A stretch of 63,913 bases of DNA, filler included, from Octopus bimaculoides (lineage: Eukaryota): NCBI RefSeq assembly GCF_001194135.2. It is 6 parts of 6 records of this genome, joined end to end, with 100 filler letters (N's around TTAATTAATTAA, not from the genome) between each part and the next. Parts side by side here need not be neighbours in the genome. Positions count along the whole stretch, not along the records: positions 1 to 24,248 come from NC_068989.1; 5 more parts are not named here. One strand, given 5' to 3'. The translations under genes and the position numbers were made by a program. Position 1 is the first letter of the stretch; each line of letters opens with the position of its first letter. Below are positions 1-12,512 of the stretch, piece after piece. The notes under the pieces were generated by a model. That model worked only from the letters and a program-made list of their open reading frames with translations. It did not search any database and had not been told where the DNA came from.

Positions 1-39
1 ATATATATATATATATACTACATATTTGGGAAATTCTGA

Positions 40-660
40 AGAAAATTGGAGAGATGAACTACTAGATGGCCAACAGCACTCAAGAGTTGACAGAAAAGAA
101 GTAAACCAGAATAGAATGGGCTGAAGGTAGAAACAGAAAGTTTTGTTCTGGGTGCATAAGACCAATACCTAATCACTAAAAGCTAACAAAAATAAGATGC
201 GAACATCGAGAGTAGGCTATGCTCTAACAGAATGAAGCGGTTGCTCACATCAACTCCGACAATCCACTCCTTACCTTATTCCGATTTTATTGGTAGTTGA
301 AGTAGATTCAGCATTTTTGTTCACTGAGCAATGTTTCAACACATCGTCATTAAAACGGACAAGTTGTATAAACACGTACCAAATACGAAACATGAAAAGT
401 ATTTTACCACAGTCTTCTATTAAGGTAAAAATTCCGAATGATGACTAATCAAAGACTAAAGCAAAACTACTGGTGGGATGATAGATTTTTCGATCTCTTT
501 TCACCAAAAGCAATCTGAATGAATGTGGAAGAATTTTCAAAATCCATGAATCACGAAACGGGGATATACGAGATGTTGGGCGAAGAAATAAAACACCGCC
601 AGTAATATTTGGAGCATTAGGTACATATAGAAATGTTTGAACAGAAATATACAAACCAAG
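40..660 (+). mobile_element. Degraded R4/Dong-clade (RLE) non-LTR retrotransposon, C-terminal region
   Basis: Broken frames give DGQ..GLKVETESFVLGA*DQYL (from 118) and PPVIFGALG (~595-625), matching the GLKSETEGFIIAVQDQ and VIVGALG motifs of the better copies at 55.2-56.3 kb. Many stops and frameshifts. Confidence 0.7.
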
Positions 661-1639
661 ACAAGGATCGTAACGTTACATTCAGTTTAAAATATAGCTC
701 TGCTAGATAGAGACCGTGTCCTACGTAAAACGCTTTCAACTCAGTTTTGCAACAGAAACCGTACACTCTCTGTACACAACATACGATCCTTATAAAGTAA
801 CCGCACAGTACAATAAAACGACAAAGCCTTATATAGCTGAAACGCGGCGCCATAACATCAACTTACATAGCATGAGGTCCTCACATCGGCAACCCGTTAA
901 TGCTACGCGTGCCACACAGCTTATGTTATTTACAAGTGTATCCGTCACATGACGGGGAACTTTGGAGTATATGTTTTTGCCATCACGAGTAATAACAAAA
1001 AAATATGGCATTCATACAATAATTATAATTTAACTTTAAAAAAGTTTTTTTTGCTGATTATACAAAACGGTTAAAAGAATACTAATTCTCATAAGAAAAA
1101 TATAAATGAAATAAATGAAATTCCTCTTCTTCCTCTACTTCCTTCTCCTCCACTTCCACCTCCTCCACTTCTGCGTCCTCCACTTCCTCCTCCTCCTTCT
1201 CTTTTGTTGCATGCCGATAGGGTAGCATTGCCTGATATGGTAAGTAGATGGATTGCCATGTTAATGGCTTCCGGGGCCCAAGTGACTTTCATTCCTGCAG
1301 TGACTCTTTCATAATTTCCATTGTGATCTGGGATCTGTTGTTGTTACTATGACAAATATTCTTCTTCATCTTTTCTGGCCGTGGCTGAAGGAAGGGAACC
1401 GCTTCTTAAACTGAGACCGGGACGTTCTCCTCAGGTGATTCCGGTGCTTCGACTGTTAACACTTCCATAACATCAGCATTTTCTGGGATTTGTTATCGAT
1501 GACTGCAATTTTATTTCCTCTTCCTGTTGTGGTCCTGTGGACAGAAAGAACTTAGACTATTCTTACTACCACTTTCAGAGCAATTAGGCATCCATTTCAA
1601 CATTTCTAGTTTTAACCTTTCATATTCTCGATAGGACAG

Positions 1640-1815
1640 CCCTTTAGCTGCAACGAACAACTTGATTTTGATTCGCTTGGGCAAATGGAGATCCAAACTT
1701 TATTTAGTTTGTGACAGGCTGTTCATGCTTGTGGCTACTTGATCTTGTTGTTTGCTTCTGAACTGCTCACCAAACCACCTATGTACTTGAAGTTTTCAAC
1801 AAAATTTAGTGTTTC
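1640..1815 (-). mobile_element. RTE-type LINE fragment (post-RT region)
   Basis: Minus frame VENFKYIGGLVSSSE..IK*..A*TACHKLNKVWIS, then a frameshift to LPKRIKIKLFVAA. This is the FKYLG...A...L.KVW.S...KIKLF pattern of RTE elements. Confidence 0.6.
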
Positions 1816-2843
1816 TCTGACATTCGAATGTCATTAGGATCTGTAATCCATACTGTACCACAAAGCCAAGGAAGAACGCTGTGACCCTAGTATATCGTGG
1901 ACGTAATCACTGTTTGACCAATGTATGGCTTGGTAAGGTGTTTGACGTACAAATCGGCCAATTCTTTCGGCCTGCCATTAGTTTAAAAAAAACAAACAGA
2001 CACACGGTAGCTTTACTGCAACTATGGATACCGCCTCACACGTCAGCTAGGGCTAGCACTAATTGTTCCTTTGAAGACATGAAAAAAGTTTCCCTTTTTG
2101 GTAACACATATTCAGAAATCTTCCCGTTTTTAACCCCTTCTTGAATAAAAATTTGCGTTTGCTTTTGTTATAAAATATTGTGAAACAGATGTCTTCTCGG
2201 TTAGTTTGTTGATATTCAAAATCTGTATAGTATTACAAGCAGACGTAAAACTGCTTTTTTTTTCCCCGTTATATTCTTTCTTATTTTTTTGAAAAAAAAT
2301 GCTTTCCTGTGTGCATGATTGTTATTAAACGAAGCGTCAATTTCGGTAACTTTGCTAATATTTAAACTAAAAAGAGGAATATCATTATTTTCTTTGTAAA
2401 AATATTTGTATTTTCTTCCATCTTTTTTATTCACTAGGTTTCTTTTGTTTCTCTTCTGTGTCTTTTTTTGGTATAAATCCAGGGTTTCGCCTTTTACGGA
2501 GGCGTGTTTCACTGACATGTCTGTGTTTAATATCATTTTAACTGAAAAAGCTGTTCAATTTTTTACGCTTAAAAAGTTAATAAGCGAGAAAAATTATCGG
2601 TTTCACACAAGAGCTGTTCAAAATGTCTGTTTTTATTTTCAGTTACTAAGCAAGAAGAATTGAAAGAAACTTAATATTTCTTAAGTTTATTGCAAAATAC
2701 ATAAAACCGAAAAAAAAAAGTAACCATCCATATTTTGAAAAATGTTCAATGGTGCTATTGAGAAGAAAAAGAGTTGTCAACGAATAAAAAAGTCGACAAT
2801 TTTAGTAGTAGTAGTAGTAGTAGTAGTAGTTGTTGTTGTTGTT

Positions 2844-3034
2844 TTAAATTTTGGTACAAGGGGCGAAGTCGGTTACATCGACCCCCAGTGATCAACTATA
2901 CTTACTTTATCGACCCCAAAATGATGAAAGGCAAAGTCAACCTCGGAGGAATTTGAGATAAGAACGTAAAGACGGACGAAATGCCGTTAAGCATTTTGCC
3001 TGGCATGCTAACGATTCTGTTGACTCGCCGCCTT
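2844..3034 (-). mobile_element. SINE family A (AGGCGGCGAG-headed, high-copy)
   Basis: Homologous by eye to the copies at 6.06, 14.7, 23.9-24.2, 34.8, 41.2, 57.0 and 62.9 kb. Flanked by trinucleotide microsatellites. Confidence 0.85.
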
Positions 3035-3037
3035 AAT

Positions 3038-3073
<36 letters not shown>

Positions 3074-3094
3074 AATAATAATAATAAAAATAAA

Positions 3095-3125
<31 letters not shown>
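3035..3125. repeat. (AAC)n(AAT)n microsatellite
   Basis: Read directly. Produces the poly-N ORF 2981-3172. Confidence 0.95.
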
Positions 3126-3126
3126 T

Positions 3127-3530
3127 TAAGTTCCCTAATGCAGTACAAGACAGTGGATCTCATAGCGTTTGATCTTAATTGATTGGAAGTGTTATCATGT
3201 ACAAAATTTGTGTTGGTGTAAAACCTGGGCTACAGCAAATATTCTGCTCAATAACACAAATTTGCTTGCCAGTTACTTGATCTTAACCATTTGAGCATGT
3301 CCTTTGGTGACTGACGATACGTGCGTTTTTGATCATGAGCGGGTGTAGAGGGTGAGTATCATAGCCATGTGTTGAGAGGAATTCTTTGGAGTTTGAATAC
3401 TTCACCTCTGGAAACACGGGTGTTTCGTTCGTCATCCTTAAATAACCCCTATTCGGGGACCTTTTGAATGGGATGGGCAATTCAACCTGAAGAAAATTGT
3501 AACTGGGCCCCACCTGCAAAGTCATACGCT
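3127..3530 (-). mobile_element. Unclassified interspersed repeat, probably a retroelement 3' end with a (TTA)n tail
   Basis: The segment attggaagtgtta.catgtaca...gggctacagcaaatattctgctcaata.caca recurs at 35033-35120. Its minus-strand end runs into (TTA)n. Confidence 0.5.
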
Positions 3531-3687
3531 GTCTATATTAATATAGATCATCATGTCGCGTACATATAGCTGTCATGCACATATCTCGTGTACCCTTATC
3601 GGATGGGTAGTCATGATGAGTATATTTCACTTTGTATATTTGTAACCCAGTGTCAACTTGATGGTATGCGCTGCTCTCTCACTCGAC

Positions 3688-4090
3688 AATAATAATAACT
3701 TCTTGTATTAACCAGTGGGCATAGATGTGGTGGACATCACAAGGACTGACAGCAATTTTTGTCGGGATTTACATAAAGGATGAGGAAGAAGAAAACGAAA
3801 AGATGGTGAAATACGATAAAAGTATGCATAGTATACAAAGCATATAACATAAATGATGCACTTCTCCTGATGCAGGAGAATCTCCAACTGAGGCCAATCA
3901 AGAAACGCCACAGATCCAGGATTACCCTGTCAAAAGCGCGAGGCCACTCTAATGCACTCCAATCTACAGGCTCATACTCACACTAGGGTTACCTACCCGA
4001 ACCATTTTCCCACAAATTCATCGGGAAGTAGCACTTTCTTCTCCACCCTCACTTCCCTTTCCAAGTGGCACTTTAAAAAGCTGATGAGAA
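3688..4090 (-). mobile_element. L1/Tx1-like LINE 3' end
   Basis: Minus frame LISFLKCHLEREVRVEKKVLLPDEFVGKW matches LIHFFKFHLKRKLRVEREVLPCSKFVERW at 23.6-23.86 kb. Both end in ...aata(c/a)aagaa plus (TTA)n. The clade call is an inference. Confidence 0.5.
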
Positions 4091-4395
4091 CTTGAACGTA
4101 TAACTAATCCGGACATACGTGGATTGGAGCAAGGTACAACGATCAGGAGGTAAATTATTAAAGAGGTGAACATTCACCACCTTTTCTCGAAATTTCAGGC
4201 ATAATTTCCTGTCGGCCACCCTGCCTGTAAACTCATCCAGTTCTTGTCCACCTGGAGGTCCGGGCCAAACCAGGCATCGATCAATATCATCGGTCCGTCT
4301 GTTATCGTTATGGGCCAGAAATTGTCTGTAATATCTCGTTAATTGATGTCCTTTCTCAGTAAATTTAACAGACATCGGCTCACGGACCAAGGAAT

Positions 4396-5820
4396 TCACT
4401 AGTTTTACTGCCAGTTGCGATAGATGTTTTCTAAGAGGTCACCAAACAACTTTGGCATATAACTGTAAAACTCATTGGAATTTCATGTATTCTCATGCAT
4501 ATAGTTGCATATCCAGACTTGCTTATATATATTTCAATGTTAAACTTCTGGAAAGTTTTACAGATTTTTACACATCCAGTGATTGCTTGGATTTGTTGTC
4601 TTCGAATTTCAGAGTGTCCTAGCTAGGACATCATGTCTCATCGATAGATAATACCGTGATGACATTTTCGGACAACTACTTATGATGTGGTTGATATCTT
4701 AGGTGTTAACACCACAAAGTCTGCATCGGTTGTCACATTTTACTGCTTTTCCTACATCTCTATCGCATTTGCGCATTAGATACTCGGTTGATATTTCCTG
4801 TTCGTAGATTGCAAACGCATACCCTTCAAAGTGGGAGGTAATAATCCGGCTACTGGTCCATGACAAATTACTTTGATGATGAATATTATAATCATCACGG
4901 AGTTTCTATTAACATATCCATGCATAGTCTTCTGCTCATATAGGCTCATCTCTTCAACTAATGATACGTTGCGATAGAGTCGTGCGACTTCTTTTGGCAT
5001 ATATTCTAGGTTACCAGACAAACGTGTTGCTCAAGGAGCTGCCTTCCAAGTCGTATGATGTTATCAGCCTCATGTATGCAAACTTGGTCAAGGGATGCAC
5101 TTCGACACTTGATCGTGAATAGATGTTGCCGAAGGGATATGATGCAACATTCAAAGGCATTTTGATCGATGTTAAGCTTCTTCTGCATTGTTTTCGTTTA
5201 AGGTAGAGGCGGTCTACGTCACTATTTATGTGGAAATTATGTGTGCTTGTTAGTATTTTTCAGGTTTTCACATCAATGGCTCGGATCTCATGAAGCGTCC
5301 AGTCAAGCAGCCCAAATGTTGGTATGAGTACTGGTACTGCAAGCACATTGTGAACCACTGCTTTATTGCATGCAGAGAGTTCCGGGGTCCAAATTTTCTT
5401 TATTCGGCTGTAATATTCTTTAGTGACACGTTTTGTTACAGGTTCCAATGTAACATATATTTTCCTATCCACCCTAGATACCTGTAACATTCCTCGTCAG
5501 ATACAGGGGAAACAGCCAAACCATTGATAGAAATGTTACTAGTCTGATTTATAATAGTCCCCCTTTTCACAACCGTATAACAGCCTTTATCCTGACCAAA
5601 CCTATATCCTTTTGTTTGTAACTAGGTCAAGACTCTTTTTCATTATGTATGTATGTATGTATGTATGTGTAAAATTCTGTATATAGAAAGTCGAAGGTTG
5701 CATGTAGGACTCGAAACCACAGGTTTTCGAACATTGAACCAAAACAATCTTTGGAATTTCTCTGTCCAGTTTAGAAACTTTATTCCTACTGGTAAGAATT
5801 GTATGTTGTGATGTCATAAG
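4396..5820 (-). mobile_element. R4/Dong-clade non-LTR retrotransposon, 5'-truncated and internally deleted
   Basis: Minus frames give the end of RT (FGQDK..YRYLG), EYYSRIKKIWTPELSACNKAVVHNVLAVPVL, MHGY, the CCHC knuckle CRLCGVNT*DINHIISSC, RHDVLA, and the terminal GCVKICKTFQKF. Confidence 0.85.
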
Positions 5821-5946
5821 AATTTACAAAGCTCTAGATAAACGTGAAATATTTTTCTTCTTTTGTTTTGAACACTGAAGCTCGAAGCATATATAATGCT
5901 ATAAATAATAACGTGTAAATATTGGGTCAAAAATCCTTTGGATAGA

Positions 5947-5990
5947 GAAAGGCGAATGCTGTCCGTATTATTATTATTATTATTATTATA

Positions 5991-6051
<61 letters not shown>
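5947..6051. repeat. (ATT)n microsatellite
   Basis: Read directly. Source of the poly-I ORF. Confidence 0.95.
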
Positions 6052-6054
<3 letters not shown>

Positions 6055-6062
6055 TTGTAACT

Positions 6063-6272
6063 AAGGCGACGAGCTGACAGGTAGCACGCTGGGTAAAATG
6101 CTTAGAGGCATTTCGTCCGTCTTTACGTTCTGGTTTCAAATGCTGCCGGGGTTGATTTTGCCTTTCATCCTTTTGGGATCGTTAATATAAGCACCGGTTG
6201 AACACTGGAGTCGACGTAATCGACTTATTCCTTTCCTAAAATGCTGGCCTTGTACCAAAATTTGAAACCATT
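6063..6272 (+). mobile_element. SINE family A
   Basis: aaggcgacgagctgacag...ggccttgtaccaaaatttgaaacc; near full-length homolog of the other A copies. Confidence 0.85.
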
Positions 6273-7472
6273 ATTAATTTCGTATCAGCGTATCTTCGTA
6301 AGAAATTTATTGTAAATTGTGTGTCTCCATTTCTTCCTTGTCCGTTAGCCGTCACGTGGCTGGTTTTGTTTTGTTTTGTTTGTTTTTTGTTTTTTATTAC
6401 TTAGGCTCAGAATAATTTCATTAGTTTTCTTTTCTGAGCCGTCCGTAATTACTCTCAATTTCGCCCTTTTATTGTTATGTATGTAAGCTGTCATTTCCTT
6501 CTCAATTAGCCAAAAACCTGATACCTGGAGGAGAGTGTTAAAAACGTGCAAGGAAGTCTTAATTACCAGAGTTGATTTCAAGCCAAATGTTCTACGTCAT
6601 TTTATTCTCAAATGTACTAGGATTTGGACTTAATGTAATTCAGCGTGGTGAAAAATATCGGTCAACGAAGATTTTATCCAAACTATTAATAAAAAGAAAA
6701 AAAACTTGTTTTAAAATTGTTTGAATTTTTTAAAAGAGAAAAAGAGAATGAAAATAGAAGCAAGGGATATAAATTTGAGAAGTTCAGTGGATCTAAATGT
6801 TTTATTAATATAGACGACGCAGATTGGAACGGATGTGGTCTTTACAATAAACTGATTAGTATATACACGGTGCAAGGGGTATTTGAGGACAGTTTTGGTA
6901 TATAATAAAACAACTATATTTCAGCATAAATAGATATATATTTGAATAAACATTTGTGTACTTAGTCTTGATAATGATTTTTTAAGCAAATTATTCTATG
7001 AAACCGCCTTCGGTTTCGATGACTGTTTCAATGTGAGACCGAAACTGCTGGCATGCTGACACAATCGTAAAAAACATTTTCATTCTGCCTCTTCTTGAAA
7101 ATTTGCCATGCAATGAAAGCCGGTTAGAAATCCTTTTTAATCCTCCTTATACACATCTATATTAAAATATGCTTTCAGTTTAGCATTCTGCCTTATTATT
7201 ATTTTTTATTTTCCTATTATTTCTCCACGTGCGGTTAACACAACCCCACCATTTACTGACTTATATATATACTTATATATATATATATATATATATNNNN
7301 NNNNNNNNNNNNNNNNNNNNNNNNNNNNNNNNNNNNNNNNNNNNNNNNNNNNNNNNNNNNNNNNNNNNNNNNNNNNNNNNNNNNNNNNNNNNNNNNNNNN
7401 NNNNNNNNNNNNNNNNNNNNNNNNNNNNNNNNNNNNNNNNNNNNNNNNNNNNNNNNNNNNNNNNNNNNNNNN

Positions 7473-7700
7473 GTGTGTGTTTGTTTGTGTTCCCCTCCCG
7501 CCATCCCTTCATAACCGATGCTGGTTAGTTTATGTCCCCGTAACTTAGTGGCTTGGAAAAAATGACCGATAGAATAAGTACTAGGCTTACAAAGAATAAG
7601 TCCTGGGTGCGATTTCTTCGACTAAAACCCTTTAAGGCGGTGCCCCAGTTTGACAGCGGTCAAATCAAAAGACTAAAAGAAGTAAAAGAATAAAAGAATA
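7473..7700 (+). mobile_element. SINE family B, 3' part
   Basis: ccgtaacttag.gg...gatagaataagtactaggcttacaaagaataagtcc...gtaaaagaataaaaga; homologous to 20600-20810 and, in reverse, 9890-10070. Confidence 0.75.
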
Positions 7701-8370
7701 TATCTGTATTATAAACAATTACTAACCCCTCAAAGCCCTAGCGTAGCAGAAAAGAGCAAGTTGTGCTGTTCACCCTGGTGGTACTTTACGTATACATTAT
7801 TTTTCTGTTCGTGTCGAGATGTGGGAGTGACAAACTCAAGACTGTCTTGGAGGCACAAAGACTCAAGCTATGTTGTCGCTTATGAGAATGGGGACTTGGC
7901 AGCGTCGTCAGAGGGTACAGAAACTTCCTTGTAGTATTTGTCCTTTTGTCTTTCGTTTTACGTTCCGGGGTTTCAAATCCATTGTGCCTCAGTCAGCTTT
8001 ATATTTCCTCCTCCCGCGATGAATAATACAAAATAAGGATCAAGCTTTGAAGTGGATGTGATCAACTGAATTCCTATCCCAAAATTTATGCTCTTGTGCT
8101 TATGTCAGAAATGATTATTTAGCTCGAGATAAAATGGAAGAGGACATAACTCTTCCGGATATTTCTAGGCTGGTTCGAGTTCTTGTGCTTCAACTTATAC
8201 TTTTGTAGCTTGATATCAGAAGTGAGGTATCAAAGGTTACAGAACTGACCAGGAAATATTGGACTCAATGGATTTTTATTGATGACAGGTCATGGTGAGG
8301 TGGATGAATGCTATGTGTTTCAGCAGAGCTATGTGTTGATTGATAGAACAGAACAGAAGGTATACAGTAC

Positions 8371-8755
8371 TGTGTTGGCACTCCGTTGGCTACGACGACG
8401 AGGGTTCCAGTTGATCTGATCAACGTAACAGCCTGCTCGTGAAATTAACGTGCAAGTGGCTGAGCACTCCACAGATATGTGTACCCTTAACGTAGTTCTC
8501 GGGGAAGATTCAGCGTGACACAGTGTGGCAAGGCTGGCCCTTTGAAATACAGGTACAACAGAAACAGGAATATAGAGTGAGAGAAAGTTATGGTGAAAGA
8601 GTACAGGAGGGTTCGCCATCACACCCGGTCGGAACCTCGTGTAGCTTTAGGTGTTTTCGCTCAATAAACACTCACAACGCCCGGTCTGGGGATCGAAACC
8701 GCGATCCTACGACCGCGAATCTGCTGCCCTAACCACTGGGCCATTGCGCCTCCAC
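8371..8755 (-). mobile_element. tRNA-derived SINE family C
   Basis: Minus strand begins gtggaggcgcaatggcccagtggttagggcagcagattcgcggtcgtaggatcgcggtttcgatcccc (A-box and B-box-like), followed by a ~300-bp unrelated body. A fragment of the body recurs at ~15555-15610. Confidence 0.8.
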
Positions 8756-9889
8756 TACACAGTACCAGTAATAGAATAAATAGGAGCAGGCAAGTCGAAG
8801 GACATCTTGGTATTAATGGAAAGTTTTTATCACCAACTGGAGGGTTTTTATTTGGGTGCAGTAAATAATGTGTGTGTATGTGTATGTGTGTGTGCGCGTG
8901 TGCGTGTGCGCATGCGTTTGTGATCTGTGTTTCATAAGTGAGCGATACTCTAATATTGGCTGCTCTTGTACTTTTAGAGAGACACTAAAAATTCAGGGCT
9001 GAAGTGTTTTCTGGACTTAAAGTGGTAAACCTGTCATATAAATCGTAGTATTGGTTCCTGGGGAAAATCACTTCTGTTAAATATTTGATACCATGAACAC
9101 ATTCCAACGGCACAAAGCAAATGGTTTATTAAGTCAGTAGTCTAATTACTTGTCAAATCACACTACAGCTATAACTTCGTGGATTATTACCTTTACCGAA
9201 TTATTCATGACAACTACAAGGAGGCAGCTTTAATAATATTTTTTGGAAGAGTCATTCCAAAAGTTATATTGTTTAACAAGGATTTATTTGAAAGAAGAAA
9301 AAGGTTGGTTAGTTACAAATAAAGTGTTATGAATAATTACATGTTTAACGTCGGTTTTAGCTGGCAGAGTCGACAGAACGAAAGGTAAATTATTCACTTC
9401 ATCCGTTTGAATTGTACGTTCTAAAGCAAGAAATATTTTTTTTTATATTCTTACAAGATCGATTGGTACAAGTCAAGTTGTGGTCGATTTAGTTAACTAT
9501 ACGCTCTCTCTAAATGTGTGATCTTGTGCCAGTGTTAGTAATAAATAATACTATACCCAAAGGCAATCATTACAAATATGATAAAAACGTCGTTGTTGGG
9601 CGCGTTTGTGGTTTTTCGTTTCGCTTTTATTCATACACGTCCCGGCAGCTTACATAACGTAGGGTCGATTTTTCTTTTCATCGTTCTTGAGTTGATCAAA
9701 TAACGTCAAACATTTATGCTATTCTAATGAAGAACTATAATCTGTAGGTGCATGTAGCCTTGAATCAATAAAATCTAACTATCTATCTGCCTGGCTGCCT
9801 GCCTTCCAGCTTACTTGCCTGTATCTATCTATGTAGCTATCTATGTACCTGTTTGTCAGATGGTCTATATGTCTATATATATATCTTTA

Positions 9890-10070
9890 TTATAACTGTT
9901 TGTTGTTGAATTTCAGTCATACTGGGACACAGCCATGAAGGGTTTAGTCCCTCAAACTGACTGCAATCCTTATTTCAAATCTGATGCTTATTCTATCGCA
10001 CCAATTTTATAGAACTGCTAGGTTACGGGGATCTAAATAAACCGACACCAATTGTCAAATGGGGAGACAA
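9890..10070 (-). mobile_element. Degraded SINE family B 3' part
   Basis: Reverse complement resembles 7500-7690 (ccccgtaacctagcagttc...gatagaataagcatcag). Confidence 0.55.
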
Positions 10071-10082
10071 TAGACACCACTT

Positions 10083-10131
<49 letters not shown>

Positions 10132-10285
10132 GTAATCATAGACGCCTCTTACAAGCGAGTAATATGCGATCCCATCTAACATGCTTTCGCTAATTGTTCT
10201 CGGTGCCTATGTATCCGGAAGTAGATATAAGCATCCTCTCAGACTCATATTCGTTAAACCAGTGGAATATTTAGGATGTGAAGGC

Positions 10286-10410
10286 TGGAGAGAGATAGAG
10301 AGATAGCGAGAGAGTGAGAGAGTGAGAGAGAGAGAGAGTGAAACAGAAAGAGAGAGAGAGAGAGAGTGAGACAGAAAGAGAGAGAGAAAGAGAGAGAAAN
10401 NNNNNNNNNA

Positions 10411-10467
<57 letters not shown>

Positions 10468-10480
10468 AAGAGAGAGAGAG
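10286..10480. repeat. (GA)n compound microsatellite with a small gap
   Basis: Read directly. Confidence 0.95.
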
Positions 10481-12512
10481 TTGCACCATCATTGAGTAGG
10501 CTAGAACAATGGGAAATGAATCACCTTGCTCGAGTACATACCAAGCACCCTGGCCCAGAAAGCTTATGTAGAACCTTCACAGTGTAAGATCAGCACACTA
10601 AGTGACGTGAACATAAACAAAACTCCAAACAGAAATGAAATTCTTGTGTCTGCTAACATATGTACAAAGATGTAATGTTTACTTTATTTGTAACATACAG
10701 TACTGACTAAAAATCTATAGATATGTTAACACACCAATTACATAATATTTAGATTTTCTGCCAAGAACGTATTAAATATGCAAACTGGTCTATCCAGTTG
10801 ACTTTAGCCATTAATATCACTTTGTCTGTAAGCAGTGGGTTCGCGAATACTTGAGGAAGAGGCTGACAAGACTCCAGTCAGAATCGTAATGTGCAGTATG
10901 AGCAGCTGATCCCTTTTCTCCTGTGCACGAACGTAATCGTTACATCCATCGTGACATGCAGTGTTGGCCAAAAATCTATAGACCTCTTCTGTAATACATT
11001 ATAGCAATATGTATGTATGCATGTGTTTGTAAATATGCATAGATATGCACTGAATGCGTATACTGCATTATATTTCATTTGTCTAATATTTACTTAATAA
11101 TAATTAAAACGAGGCGAAATCATACGTTTCTTCACACAAACCAGGCAAATGCTATATTTTAGAGCGAAAGAAAAGTGAGATACTATGACACCTATGCCTT
11201 TTCCTGTGAGTATTGGAAACGGAAATTAATCGAAATGAATTTGTGCAATAATCAAAGTAAAGTCAGATTGGCGCAGACATATTGGAACAGTTGTATTCTG
11301 GTAGAATTAAAATTTAAAACTGGTGATTGTTCATAACCAGCATTCATCAACGGACATTCTGCAGCGGAATTTATGGCAGTTCTAAGAAAATGCTGGCATT
11401 AAATCATATATTTAAAAGCTCTACCGGTATTTCTTTCTTTCTCCAACTATCTTTATTAACTAATTTTCTAAAACACTAAATAGCTGCACTGACTTTCGCT
11501 TTACTTCTACTTTAGAATTTCAATTCATTGACTTAATTCTTTATAAACAGATTTTATTGCTTTTCGTAGAACCAGTTTAGACTGTATCCCACTGCAATCT
11601 TTGTTTTCTCTTTTGAAATATTTAAACCGCGTTAAAATGTTATTCTTCTTATTGCTTTTAAGACTAATTAAACAAATAGTAGTGATAAGCTGTCGGTTTT
11701 AACGAAGAGTGTGCAGTTAGGTGTAGAATCCAATTTTTGGCAACAATGAAATATATTTTAGTTCAAACGAAAATATTTTCTAAATAAACCGAATGAAATA
11801 AATTAATTGATTTTTCTGTCTTTTCTTATAATGTTTCAACATATTCTGTATTTGTTAAATCGATTTAAGGCAGCAATAAAGGAAATTATTAAAATTTATT
11901 GAAATGTATAAAAGCACGTCAGTGGTTGTGTAAACTTCACTAAAAAAACATCGACAACCCAAGCAGCAGTAACAATAACAGCAACAACAGCAACAACGAT
12001 TGCAGCAACAATGATAACAGCTACTACAACAGAAACTTTAGAAATAATACAATAACCAGAAATACAACAGCAACAGCAGCAAGAAAAGAAACAGTATGCT
12101 CAAGTAATTTATAGTACAATCATAATATTGTGATCTTATTAAACAAGCTCAAAGACATGTAAGTAAAACAAAACATCAACGTTGCTTCACAAAATATATT
12201 GATATTTATTTAATTGTACAATAAGAAAAGATTCCTGTTAGTTTAAATGTTTGCATGTATATTTATTTACTTATTTCATTTAATTATGACTGACGCTAAC
12301 ATTAAAGAAACAATTTATTGCTGTGGTGGTTACTATTTTACTATCAGTAGTAATAGTTTTGTCATCGCACTTTACTAGTGTCTTACCTAAGATGAAGCCT
12401 CTGGATTCCTAGCAACAACTACTGTAGAATTCTCGTTTTATCTCTTACTTAAAATGTAATCATTGTTTTTCACCTTGAGCCCCAGGTGAGTTCTGAATGA
12501 CCAGAACTAACA

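Noticed and set aside
11960-12100. CAA/CAG-rich open frame as a poly-N/Q exon
   Set aside because: A degenerate trinucleotide repeat with no convincing splice sites.
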